In this document: one piece after another, positions 40,344 through 52,826 of the stretch
How the letters are laid out: each line of letters begins with the position of its first letter
Position numbering within the stretch: the first letter of the stretch is position 1
Assembly (NCBI RefSeq): GCF_006345805.1
Contig: NC_043006.1
Location: 96,038,001-96,102,000, forward strand
Direction of reading: 5' to 3'
Length of the DNA: 64,000 nucleotides
Source: Octopus sinensis
Taxonomy: Eukaryota
Notes under the pieces: generated by a model
Told to the model about the DNA's origin: nothing
The model's input: the letters and a program-made list of their open reading frames with translations, nothing else
Databases searched by the model: none
Program-made: the position numbers and the translations under genes

Positions 40344-41266
40344 AGAGGGTGAGTCATAAAGTAATGCCATTTTGTTTAGGACGGGTATATTTACCAGTAC
40401 AGGAACATGTATCATAAATCAAAATGAAGCTTGTCCTCTGTGCATCCCGTCCCTACTTCTCAATATAGTCACTGTTTCTCTCAATATCAATGTTCCACTT
40501 TCGAATGAGAGCATGTATCCCTGCTCTGTAAAATTCTGTTGACTGTTCTTTGAGCCACTTCTTCACTACAGTTTTCACTTCTTTGTCACTAGAATAATGT
40601 TTGCCTCTCAAACCCTCTTTTGTGGGGCCGAAGAGATGATAGTCTGAAGGCGCTAAATCTCGAGTGCAGACATTGACCCTGTCAGACTTGTGTTCGGTAG
40701 TCAGCTCTCTCGGTACCCAACGGGCACACATTTTTGAAAATCCAAGTGATTCGACAATGTTGTAAGCACTTCCATGGCTCACTTCAAGGTTTTCTGCCAA
40801 CTCATCAAGACTTATGCACCTGTCTTCTCTGATCAGAGCATTTGCTTTTGCTTTATTGGCAGGATTCACAGAAGCGGATGGACGGCAGGAACGGGGTTTA
40901 TCGGCTGCACTGACAGTTTCCACCTTTTCATCTTTCAGGTGATGGACCCACCTGCACAGAACCACCTACATACATTGCTATAATCTAACTTATTGTCCTC
41001 AAAGACATTTTGTAATCGTAGGTGAATGTTCACAGGGGTTTCCCCCTCAGCAACAAGAAATTCAGTCACTGCACTTTGTTTTTGGCGTAACTCTAAGGGG
41101 TGGGGATGTGGCAGCCACTTTGAATATTCATTACCAGTCTAAAAACCTGAAAAGTAAGAAAGAAAATATTTCAGAACGTAAATGTTATAATCATTTTAAA
41201 CTGAGAAAATTTATCAAAAACTTCACATGAAATAAAGAAAATGGCATTACTTTTTGATTCACCTTC

Positions 41267-41267
<1 letters not shown>
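40344..41267 (-). mobile_element. Internally deleted mariner with both TIRs
   Basis: TIRs (A/C)GA(G/A)GGTGA(G/A)TCA(T/A)AAAGTAATGCCATTTT; ORF ..KMCARWVPREL..VCT/RDLAPSDYHLFGP..; catalytic core between WVPR and DLAP deleted. Confidence 0.94.
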
Positions 41268-41329
<62 letters not shown>

Positions 41330-41443
41330 GAGAGAGAGAAAGAAAGAGGGGGAAATATTTTGGGCTGTGAGATAAGAATATAAAAGCATTCTTTTATGCT
41401 ACTGACATTTGGAAAATAGACAGATATAGCCTAGCTTTCTACC

Positions 41444-42548
41444 GAAGGTTATTCAATGGAGGACATATCTTATTTATCTATAGGCATATGTAGTTCAAGA
41501 TGTTCATGTTGCTATAGCAACCTCCTCTAAACTAGCTTTTCTTGCTGTTCTTCATTTCATGTAAACTATGTTTCAAGCAGAAGCGTTGTACCATCATTGA
41601 GTTCTTGACTAAGGATGGTTGTCCGATATCTACAGAAGTTTACAGCGTCTTAGTGTGACAAGACTAAAGTGCATAAGTAGATAAAGTGGTTTAATGAAGA
41701 GGGGAGGGGCATTGAAAACAAGTTACGCTGTTGGAGATTGTTGGAGTCTCCCACAACTGACACACATCTGTAACAAGTGGGCGACTGGATTTGCGCGGAG
41801 ATATGAGTCACAATCCGTAAGTTTTCTACACAGCTGGGCTGTGGTAGCAATGCAGTAAGGAAAAAGCTGAAAGATTTTGTGTCACGGTGAGTTCAAAGGG
41901 TAGTGCGCCAGCGACTGAGACTCGAGTTCAAAGAGAGAAGGGTGGAAGTTTGATTGGTTTCTGGAAGCATCTATAACTAATATAGAAAAGATATTTTACA
42001 ATATGGTGTGTCAGGGGATGAAATGTGGCAAACATTTTATAATCTAGAAATAGACTTCCAATCCATGGAATGGCATTACACCGCTTCTCGAAGAACTGAG
42101 ACGTTCAAGTGCCAACGATTGGCACAACAGTTCATGCTGAGTGTTTGGAATGTAAGAAGGGAGTCATCTTCGTTAGTTTTCTTAAAACTGACCGTACTGT
42201 GAAGAAAGAGCGGAAGATTGAGACATTCAAAAAGCTTAGAGAACGCATTTGGAGGAAAAGACCGGCCAAAAATCTGCTAGCAATCCACATTGACCATGAA
42301 TAAACAAATGGCAAACTTTGTTGGTCAGGGGTTCCTGCATTCACCATGCGGCTCGTATCTTACTTCCTCTGACTTCCACTTATTCGGTCCAATGACGGTC
42401 AGTCTTTGGGGACAATGTTTCGATGACACAGACAAGGTGAATCTGGTTAGGAAGATAGTGGTAGAAGTGTGCTGATATGAAAGCTTCAAAACTCATCTGA
42501 GAGTCTGATTGAATGATGTAGTAAATATAATGTGTCTTGAATAGCACA
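41444..42548 (+). mobile_element. Highly decayed mariner
   Basis: SGDEMW..QSMEWH..FK..FMLSVW; HSPCGSYLTSSDFHLFGPM (HPPYSPDLAPSDFHLFG-like); weak TIR-like ends. Confidence 0.7.
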
Positions 42549-43039
42549 ACAATGCAGAGTGGACTATAACTGTTATAATTCAATTATTCCTAGTCTGATA
42601 TATTTCGGAATATAAAAATTCCTTCTTCAGGTATTGCTAGGAAGTGATTGAGTCAGTGCCCGGTTCGGTTTTCCAACGGTTGCTGAAATCCATTTTTCGG
42701 AAGCGCTTCTGCAGTGGTCTCATGGAGCTCCTTCCAGAATTCCTCATGATGAGGGCGTGAGGGCAGCCATGTTGGCATATCCACAGTGCTGCTTCTAAAT
42801 TATGAATTATAGTGCAGTTTTTTTTTGTTTTTGTTTTTTTTTATAATACATGAGCGTGTTACCAGATGCGGACTATGTCGAGCAGTCTTTTCGTAGAGAC
42901 AAGTTGCCCAACCCAAATGAGTAAAGCGAATGATGTCTATCAGTTGATGCAAAAACAGTCATTCAAACTTAACCATTTCTTCTGGAAAAACATTTGTGTA
43001 CGAGTGGGGGGAGGGAGGGGGAAACAACAGGTTTTAGAA

Positions 43040-43338
43040 TTCTTTTATGTTTCAGTCGTTAGACTGCGGCCATGCTGGGGCATCGTCTTGAAAAACTTTA
43101 ATCGAGCTAATAGGTTTCAATGCTTATTATGTTTAGTAAAATCCGGTACCCATCTCCTTTGTTTGATTGCCGAACCACTAAGATACTTGGACGTAAACAC
43201 ACAAATTCTGGTTGTTGATTCAAATTACCAAATCCACCGTAGTAGAAGAGACTTGCACGAGGTTCCACGCAGTAGGACTGAAACCGGAACCACGTGGTTG
43301 GGAAGCGGACTTCTTACCACACAATCATGCTCGCACCT
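43040..43338 (-). mobile_element. SINE family A with internal deletion
   Basis: Reverse complements of both modules present. Confidence 0.8.
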
Positions 43339-43351
43339 ATAATATATGAAT

Positions 43352-43765
43352 GCTGGCAGAATCGTTAGAATGCCGAGCGAAATGCTTAGCGGTATTTCGT
43401 CTGTCGTTACGTTCTGAGTTCAAATTCCGCCGAGGCCGACTTTGCCATTTATCCTTTCGGGGTCGATAAATTAAGTACCAGTTACGCACTGGGGTCGATA
43501 TAATCGACTTAATCCGTTTGTCTGTCCTTGTTTGTACCCTCTATGTTTAGCCCCTTATGGGTAGTAAAGACATAGGTATTTCGTCTGCTGTTACGTTGTG
43601 AGTTCAAATTCCACCGAGGTCGACTTTGCTTTTCATCCTTTCGGGATCGATTAAATAAGTAACAGTTACGCACTGGGGTTGATGTAATCGACGTAATCCC
43701 TTTGTCTATCCTTGTTTTTTCCCTCTATGTTTAGCCCCCACCCCTCCCCGGGAAATAACGAAATA
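43352..43765 (+). mobile_element. SINE family B, dimeric core
   Basis: Matches 24823-25210. Confidence 0.92.
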
Positions 43766-44007
43766 AATATATGAATGCTTTCAAATTTATGTTTCTTTTT
43801 GTGTTATACGAGATGTAATGTTATTCTTTTTTAAATGATTTTTGTCTAAAACATTGGATAAATTATTTTTTGAGGAAATAAAACTTAATATTAATTAAAT
43901 TAGTGAATGTATTAATATGGTCGTCTGCAATCTTGCCAAATAATTTGTAACGATTAGCATACATCACAATAATACAAAAGGAATTTCGTGCAACAATGAG
44001 ATCGTCG

Positions 44008-44370
44008 TGGTATTCCGTCGGTTACGACGACGAGGGTTCCAGTTGATCCGTTCAAAGGAACGGATCAGCCTGCTTGTGAAATTAACATGTAAGTGGCTGA
44101 GCACTTCACAGACACGTGTACCCTTAACGTATTTCTCGGGGAGATTCAGCGTGACACAGAGTGTGACAAGGCTGACCCTTTGAAATACAGATACAAGAGA
44201 AACAGGAAGAAATAGTAAAAGTTGAGGTGAAAACTACAGCAGGGTTTACCACCATCTCCTGCCGGAGCTTCGTGTGTTTTCGGTCAATAAAGAACCACAA
44301 CGCCTGGAATCGAAAGCGCGATCGCACGACTGCGCGTCCGCTGCCCTAATCACTGGGCCATTGCGCCTCC
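44008..44370 (-). mobile_element. SINE family C
   Basis: Reverse complement of family C. Confidence 0.88.
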
Positions 44371-45480
44371 ACTAACATTGAGATACATATTAATTGATAA
44401 ATAGTACAAAACATTGAGATACATATTAATTGATAAATAGTACAAAGCACTAACCCACAATTTCTAACAGCAAAAAGCTGTTTATCTTCGTTATTTAATT
44501 GTTTATGTCGTGTAACTCGCTGCACAGTCTTGGTGCCTTTTGTGGTAATTTTGGTCTGCAGTATTAACTTTAGATCAATGAACATATTTATTAATTGATT
44601 TCGCTCAAAATCCAGTCTTTGAAATCGAAAAATGTACTTGGTCGATGATGGTGCGAGATAATCAAGAAACCAAATCAGTTTGTTTTGGCGCAGTTCTATT
44701 CTGTTTGAAACAACTGCAGGATTGAACCGAGTTTCTTTGTAATTGTGGCACCATTCAAAAAATTAATTCGCGAAAAATACTGATTATCCTATACATAATT
44801 TATTTAAAATGTTTGTATGTTATATCTCTGATCATTGTTTGGTGGCATTACTAACGAAATAATCGTTCGTGATTGTCTCCCCTCCATGATCGTCACCCCT
44901 AAGAACGATTTCCTGCCCAATGTTTTTTATGGTACAGATAAATAAGTAATAAAAACGTGATTGTTCTTGCACCAATCGTCGCATATTTTCGAGTTGGCTT
45001 CTTTCGTCGTTTAAACGAAGAAAAATGCTGTGGGACAGAATGAAAAACAGATGGATATCAATTGTTGAATTCAGGTTTGATAACAAAATTGCTTAAGTTC
45101 AGAAGGCGTAAATTTCGAGAACAAATCTATTAGGTACAGGCAAAGCTGTGTGGTTAAGGAGCCCGATTTGTGACAGTGTTGTTTTGGGTTTAATACCACT
45201 GCGAATCAACGTGAGCAAATAACTTCTAATATAGCCCCGAGTAAGTTTCGTAGACGTAAACTGTGTATACACACGTTCAATATACATACATCGCTACTCA
45301 TCCATACAAGCAGTTGTACAGAAAAAATGAATGAAGGCAAACGTACTCATAGAATATATACGAAGTTTCATAATTTACACGATATAAAATCATAGAAATA
45401 TGAAACCGGTTAAGTGTAATAATTTTGAATTCAATACAACTTCACATGCATTCTTCTCTTGCGTATACACACACATACAT

Positions 45481-45804
45481 GCCATGATGGAGCATCGCCT
45501 TTAGTCGATCAAATTGACTTCCAGAACTTATTCTTTGTAAGACTACTACTTATTCTATCGTTCATTTTTGCCGATCGACTAGGTTAAGGGGACGTAAACA
45601 CACCAACATCATTGTCAAATGATGTGTATATATATATATACACACACACACACAGCTTCTTTCAGTTACCGCCTATCAACTCCGCTCACAAGGCTTTCGT
45701 CGGCTATAGTAGAAGACAATTTCTCAAGGTGCCACGCAATGAGACTGAACCTGGAACCATGTGGTTGGGAATCAATCTTCTGACCACACAGCCACTCCTG
45801 CGCC
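45481..45804 (-). mobile_element. SINE family A
   Basis: Reverse complement of both modules; 5' end CTCCTGCGCC at 45795-45804. Confidence 0.85.
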
Positions 45805-46059
45805 TTCATATATATATATATATATATATGGCCTCATGGAGCTAATAAGCGGACAGCTTTATTCTTATTTTTATAAGAATGCCATATTAATATGGCGATA
45901 ACTATTATTTTCCGGGAACGCTGCCGCTGTTCTCTTTTAGAGAGACTTAGTTATTTTAATATTTCTTTTATTGAAAACAAGTGGATGTATTCCACCGAAA
46001 CTAGGTAAATAAAACCATCGAACAGAGATTGTCGGAAGCGACACCTACTGGCTGGCGAC

Positions 46060-46101
46060 GCTGCATTGAAAAGGGGCAATACCCCGAAACGCGTCTGTAG
46101 C
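46060..46101 (+). ncRNA. Minimal type I hammerhead ribozyme, U3-A8 core variant (copy 1)
   Basis: Stem I GCTGCA/TGTAGC; core TTGAAAA; stem II GGGG(CAATA)CCCC; GAAA; palindromic stem III ACGCGT; cleavage triplet GUC (C at 46095). Confidence 0.8.
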
Positions 46102-46421
46102 TGCCGGTCAAGTAGTGTGGAGCGACTGACCTCCCTTGTTCGAAGGTTATATGGATACAGTTTGTGTATCAAATAGCTAACTTAAGGCGATGGCCTCATG
46201 GAGCTAATAAGCGGACAGCTTTTTTCTTATTTTTATAAGAATGCCATATTAGTATGGCGATAACTATTATTTTCCGGGAACGCTGCTGCTGTTCTCTTTT
46301 AGAGAGACTTAGTTATTTTAATATTTCTATTATTGAAAACAAGTGGATGTATTCCACCGAAACTAGGTAAATAAAACCATCGAACAGAGATTGTCGGAAG
46401 CGACACCTACTGGCTGGCTAC

Positions 46422-46463
46422 GCTGCATTGAAAAGGGGCAATACTCCGAAACGCGTCTGTAGC
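46422..46463 (+). ncRNA. Minimal type I hammerhead ribozyme, U3-A8 core variant (copy 2)
   Basis: As copy 1; stem II GGGG/CTCC keeps pairing through a G-U wobble. Confidence 0.78.
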
Positions 46464-46718
46464 TGCCGGTCAAGTAGTGTGGAGCGACTGACCTCCCTTG
46501 TTCGAAGGTTATATGGATACAGTTTGTGTATCAAATAGCTAACTTAAGGCGATGGCCTCATGGAGCTAATAAGCGGACAGCTTTTTTCTTATTTTTATAA
46601 GAATGCCATATTAGTATGGCGATAACTATTATTTTCCGGGAACGCTGCCGCTGTTCTCTTTTAGAGAGACTTAGTTATTTTAATATTTCTATTATATTAT
46701 ATATATATATATGTATAT

Positions 46719-46752
<34 letters not shown>

Positions 46753-46914
46753 ATATATTATATATATATATGAACATAATGAAAAAGGTAATAACATAGA
46801 ATACTACCAGTGGTCCAGCACAAAAGACGAATTAGTCATTAGACAAAATATTATCATATAGAAGATATTATTCATATAGAAATATAATAAAGGGCTCCCA
46901 AATTTATATTATAT

Positions 46915-46956
<42 letters not shown>

Positions 46957-46980
46957 ATATATATATGCGTGTATTGTGTG

Positions 46981-47021
<41 letters not shown>

Positions 47022-47129
47022 GCGTGTGTACGTATGTCTGTGTTCATGTTGGTGCCCAGCATGATAGTTGCAATACATTGATTGAAGCGAGTACAAGATA
47101 AAAGATAAGATATATATTATCATAACATG

Positions 47130-48560
47130 GACCGTCGTAGTCGTCATGTAGCGGCTGTCGTGATGAAATGTTTTCGGCCATTCATCAATTCATTTATCAA
47201 GCGGATTAACAAGTAACTGATATTCTAAAACTGATATCACAATTGAATTATACTGGATTATATTTTCGTTCTTGTAACAGTGTCTGCAGCACATTTTTTC
47301 ATTCAGGCTAAACCTCAATGAGTTCATACAGCTGAATCGAAATTTATTTTTCATTATTTCTAAAAGAAATTCCTCTGCGAAAATTTGACTGAAAAATAAT
47401 TAATTGCATCAATTTTTATACGACATTCTTTTAGTTTTTCGCCTGCAATACTTTGGGTTTACAGTCATCCATTACCGATGATTTGCTTGTTAATACGAAT
47501 AATATTGATATCAGACTTTATGGCGGATTTAATGTCTTTACTAATAACTGGCGTTTCATCAAGATATTCATGAAGAATAAACTGTATTTTGATGCTAGAT
47601 TGAATAAAAGTTTAGCCTTAATAATATGTTAGTATTATCAGCTTTTTTTCGTTGCTTCGAAGCTTTATCGTGCACAGTCTATTAGTACTACGCCAATAAT
47701 ATCGCCAAAGTTGTCATTGCAACGTAAATAATTCTATATTTTCATCGACACCTATGTACATTAATGGCTTGTTATTGGTGATTAACTAAAAATGTTATCC
47801 ATACAAAAATAGATTAAATTTACGAAGATCGAATATAATAGATAAGATCGCTTTATCTATATCGGAATATCGTTGTTGATGTTCATTCAATTTTACTTTG
47901 CTTCATAGCAGAACAACTCCAATACAGTCAAATGTGGCATCGAGTGCAGAGAATTATCGGTGGATTTTTGTTGTAATTTGTGAGATTTTTGGTCTCAAAC
48001 TATTGTCGTTCCAACTTGTCTAAAATGTTGCTGACAATCATTTAGATGTTTCAAAGGCGCTTCTTTTTCGATAAATTACACAATGACAATAACATTTACC
48101 TTTGCTATCTATTTAATGAATGTCCAATAATATTCAATTTAAAAAACAAATATTCTATCCGCATTTTTTGGAATTAATAACTCGTAGACAGCGTCTGTAT
48201 TTTGCAGGACAATCTTTTACCAGGAAAGCTAGCACTATAGCGAAAACAACTGAATTCTCTGCAATAGATATCGCATTGTATAGTCTGGAATTTTAAGTTA
48301 TAATCTTTTAACGGATTAAATATTAATTCTAAATCTTTAACAACTTCTTCATTCGTCGTCGCAGTGACGATGTAAAGAAATTCTTTTTGCCCAGGTACAC
48401 CACACGGTGGGTTGAAATGTAACAGACGCCGCGAAAATGGAAAATAGCATTTGTACTACTCAAAACCGAAAGGCTTTGTTTCCCCAAGTATTTTTCGTGA
48501 TTCTTCATTTAAATCAATTTCCGTTTCCCTTCGGTAAAATGAAGGGATCAGAACAAGACA
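47130..48560 (-). mobile_element. Ty3/gypsy pol relic (RT - RNase H - start of integrase)
   Basis: Own translation across frameshifts: EIDLNEESRK (RT); ALDATFDCIGVVL..KLNEHQQRYSDIDKAILSIIFDLRKFNLFLYG.HF.LITNNKPL (RNase H); PVISKDIKSAIKSD; EWPKT..HDDYDGP (integrase start). Confidence 0.75.
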
Positions 48561-48777
48561 AGCTGAAAATGTTTACAAGCATGATCTATGAAGTAGGTGT
48601 TAGAGAAGTGTTGTATGGGCGCAAGGGAGGCCCATGATTGCCTCTATTGCAAGTCAGGGTTGCAGAACTTCATAATTTTATTGGTACTGATGATCCCAAG
48701 ATGAGGACATAAATCGAATGCTGACGGTTATATACTAGTCAGCCGACTAGTATATAGTCGGCCATCTATATACTAGC

Positions 48778-48975
48778 AAGGCGGCGAGCTGGCAGAAACG
48801 TTAGCAGGCCGGTCGAAATGCGTAGCCGTATTTCGTCTACCGTTACGTTCTGGGTTCAAATTCCACCGAGGTCGACTTTGCCTTTCATCACAGGGAGCGA
48901 TGTAATCGACTTAATCCCTTTGTCTGTCCTTGTTTGTCCCCTCTGTGCTTAGCACCTTGTGGATAGTAAAGAAAT
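48778..48975 (+). mobile_element. SINE family B with a probable 10-bp TSD (TATATACTAG)
   Basis: Typical B head; TATATACTAG at 48767-76 and 48977-86. Confidence 0.88.
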
Positions 48976-50284
48976 ATATATACTAGTCAGCCTATCCAGT
49001 AGACAGTGCATCGAGAGATGCGCATGCTCTCCCAATGACCTCTGAAACTAACTGGCGTCCGATACGCAGGCCTTTCCATTGTTAGCATATGCACAAGCAA
49101 AATGGTTGAAGCTTCAAATGCATTGTTAAAATTCATTTCATTGAAGCTTTTTTTTTTCTAATCTCCAGTTTATCAGCTAGTTCATCATACCTGAAACCGG
49201 GATACACATTTCTTCAGTCTGCAAGCTGATTGTGGCTTTAAACTGATAACAAAGGGGAACATTAGAGTTTCACTTCTAATATTTAACGATTTGTGCAGTT
49301 CAATCGCAGTAATTGGTCGCTCCTAATCTGCCGTTCTGTATTTTAAATTTCAGGACGTCTTTTACCAATGTGGGTTTTCAAAATGTCTTCCAACAAAAAT
49401 AATATGCAGCGCAACATGATGGAATCAAACAGTGTTCTACATGCTCATATATCGTTCTAACCCAGGTGGAAATATTTCGGAACATTTAGAATTTAAATCG
49501 TCCGCCATACTTTTAAGATTATAATCATCAGAATTATCAACATTATTAATAACATCAGTAAGGACAATGGACATACAATGGACATATCTTTACAATTTAA
49601 AAAATTCAGAAAGATAATTTTGCAATCAAATAATTTTTTATTTAAAATATCAGAACACTTCCACATGGGCTCCATTGGTTGCACGCCACACATCTAGATA
49701 ACAAAATGTGGTAGTTGTAAAGATAATTTATGGATACTATGTATAGTGGTTACATATAAAAAAGCTTTTAAATTCCTTCTAAATAACTTTCAGCCCATTT
49801 AAGAATCGATAAGAATAGTTTTACAAAGTTACAGTTGTTTATTTCCCCTTTTAATAATTAATATTTTACAGAAATTTTTAAACTGTGATATTTTTTTATT
49901 ACAATACACATTTAATATTTGCGATATAGGTTCTTATGGTGAAAATTCGATAATTTTATATGTGTCTAAATCAATCAGCGGCAATTAATTCAAATATAAT
50001 TATGTTATAATTGATTCGTAACGTAATGTAACATATATTTCCCGATTTTTTCACACATTTAAAAAAATATCAATTAAATTACTTTCAGTATTAAATTCAT
50101 TTGAATTGTACAAACTACTGATAGAATTACATCATAACGACTGAAATTTTTATAATTGGTTTGACGATTTTAAGCAAATTATTTACTCACCCCGCCACAC
50201 ACACATACACGTATATGCATATACGTATGTTGGTATATAAATATGTGTGTGTGTGTGTGTCGTCACAGAGCTTCGAAAAAAAAC

Positions 50285-51554
50285 AAAAACGACATTGGAA
50301 ATATGGAAGATCCTGGGAGGAGACCATCGAACTGTGAAGAAATTTGTGGAGTCTTCTGCTGTCCGTTCGAGGGCTGACAAGGGTAAATTGAGGGTTGTTC
50401 CAGGAGAACCCTGTCACGTATAACGACTGAAGTTGTGAAGAACACGTGTCTGACTAGTCGAGAAGTGGTTACACGATGTGGTAGGGTAGACATTTCGAAA
50501 TCTACCAGGTGCCGCTTCCCGAAGCAGGTAGCCAAGAACGTAAAACATGTTACAAGGCCCCCCACCTCTGAAGGTTGTACATAAACAAAATAGAGTCAAA
50601 TGGACAGAAGACTGCATGAAGATAGATTTTTGAAAAGTCATCTTTACTGACGAATACCATGCTACCCGAGACGGACCAGATAGGTGGATTAAAGGATGGG
50701 TAACAATTAGCGGATATCGTCCTCAACGTTTGAGAGGCCAACAAAGAGGAGGTGGAGTCATGATTTGAACTGACATCATTGGAGACAAGTTGGTTGGTCC
50801 TTGGAAAGTTCGAGACGGAACTAAGATGATATCCAATTCCTCTATTGCTTTTTTGGAGGATAATTTTAAGCCATAGTTGAAGAAGCAGAAAGTTCCATTA
50901 AAGCGAACGCTGGTGTTCATGCAAGATAATGCGCCCTCCCATGCAGCTAAGAAATCTCTGCACTGCCAACAGCAATTAGGCTTCTCTGTACACCGTTTGG
51001 TGAAGTGGCCAGTGTGTTCACCCGAAATTCTATGGAGTGTTCTGAAGAGGAAGATTTATCAAGATGGACGACAGTTTTCAACAAAAGATGCGCAGTGGGA
51101 AGCTATTGTGGATGCTGCAGACAGTATTACACCAGATGAAATAGTTACCTTGACAAATTCAATGGATAAACGCGTCAGGGACCTTATCTCAGGTGGAGGA
51201 TCAGCCATCATTAAGAACTTTATGACGTCATATTTCTTGTATTATTTCCATTCAAACATATTATGTTCATTATAAAGTCCGTTATGATTATATTTGTTGT
51301 TAAAAATTAATTGCCGCATTAAATAAATGTTCGTTTTTGCATAATTAGCAAATTTTTTAGACTTGCCTAAAAAATTATGCTTATTTACAAAAATGGCCGT
51401 TGTTTCTTTCAGCATGGGTGGATCAGATTTATTTTGATATAATAGATGCAGGTGTGTGTTATCATCTTGTAGTGGGAAAATATCTGGATTCGAACGAATA
51501 AATACTCTGTTATTGCGACAAAAACTGAGCTGCCTAATAATTTGACGCGCAGTG
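50285..51554 (+). mobile_element. Tc1-like transposon, 5'-truncated, pseudogenized
   Basis: KVIFTDE..GGGVMI..GKL VGP region; VFMQDNAPSHAAK; WPVCSPE-ILWSVLKRKIY; 3' end ..TTTGACGCGCAGTG followed by TA. Confidence 0.9.
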
Positions 51555-51589
51555 TATATTTTTTCAGACACTTTTTAAGGCTAAGTTAA

Positions 51590-51754
51590 GGCGCAGGAGT
51601 GGCTGTGTGGTAAGTAGCTTGCTAACCAACCACATGGTTCCGGGTTCAGTCCCACTGCGTGGCATCTTGGGCAAGTGTCTTCTACTATAGCTTCGGGCTG
51701 CCCAAAGCCTTGTGAGTGGATTTGGCAGACGGAAACTGAAAGAAGCTCGTCGTA

Positions 51755-51801
<47 letters not shown>

Positions 51802-52035
51802 GTGCATGTATGTTTGTGTGTCTGTGTTTGTCCCCCTAGCATTGCTTGACAACCGATGCTGGTGTATTTATGTCCCTGTTACTTAGCGGTTCGGCCAAAG
51901 AGACCGATAGAATAAGTACTGGGCTTACAAAAGAATAAGTTCCGGGGTCGAGTTGCTCGATTAATGGTGGTGCTCCAGAATGACCGCAGTCAAATGACTG
52001 AAACAAGTAAAAGAGAAAAAAGGGAAAGAGAATAA
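51590..52035 (+). mobile_element. SINE family A, full length
   Basis: Both modules, long (TA)n linker. Confidence 0.93.
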
Positions 52036-52040
52036 CGATA

Positions 52041-52070
52041 TACCGTATTTCCTGACGTATTGGACGCCCC
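52041..52070 (+). mobile_element. Solitary pogo/Tc2-like terminal inverted repeat
   Basis: TACCGTATTTCCTGACGTATTGGACGC resembles CCGTATTT..GA.TATAAGACGC termini; no partner found. Confidence 0.3.
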
Positions 52071-52210
52071 TTCACAGTTGAAGTTCCCAATGATTAGAAG
52101 AGGCCCGCGGCACGTCGCTTGATTAACTTGGACACAATTACACTGTATTTTGTATCTCTTAGTCCTGCTTTCAGTCAAAGCTTACTAATCAGTATAGCGA
52201 CAGCTATGTG

Positions 52211-52254
<44 letters not shown>

Positions 52255-52518
52255 CACACACACACACACACTCTCTCTCTCTCTCACTCTCTTTCTCTCT
52301 CTATCTATCTTCTCCTTCTCTCTCTATCTCTCTCGCATCGTAGTGAATGTATATATATATATATATATATAATAAATATTAGGGAATAAATCCAAACTTA
52401 CAGGGAAAAATCAGATTTAGGATTGAATCCAATTTTATAGTAAAATATTATATTATATTGTATTGGCTTAAGTTTTTCATTGTTTGATTTGCCTAAGAGT
52501 GGTTTTGTCTCTAATTTA

Positions 52519-52567
<49 letters not shown>

Positions 52568-52785
52568 TATATCGAACCTGTAATACTTAAGCTATCGATG
52601 ACAAATCAAAGATACATATTACACGAAACTGAATGAAGCGCTTTTTTAAAATCATCACTACATTTGATTATACACATTGTTTATTTCAACAGGATAATTT
52701 TTTAAGGTTGTGAGACAATATAGCCTCATTTAAATTAGGTTACTTGCTGGTCCCCCCTCTCTATCTCTTTCTCTCTCTCTCTCTT

Positions 52786-52826
<41 letters not shown>

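Larger units (their letters stand above)
45828..46696 (+). mobile_element. 362-bp head-to-tail array (about 2.4 copies) carrying hammerhead ribozymes: candidate non-LTR retrozyme or PLE pLTR array
   Basis: Units start at 45828, 46190 and 46552 (ATGGCCTCATGGAGC); about six substitutions between the full units by eye; (TA)n on both sides. Confidence 0.8.

Noticed and set aside
44375-44446. 36-bp direct repeat pair
   Set aside because: Simple tandem duplication with two adjacent copies and no spacer
44832-45030. Strong minus-strand acceptor with open frames
   Set aside because: No convincing donor or recognisable protein
48683-48715. CTGATGA-TCC..GGAC hammerhead-like start
   Set aside because: GAAA and stem III are absent
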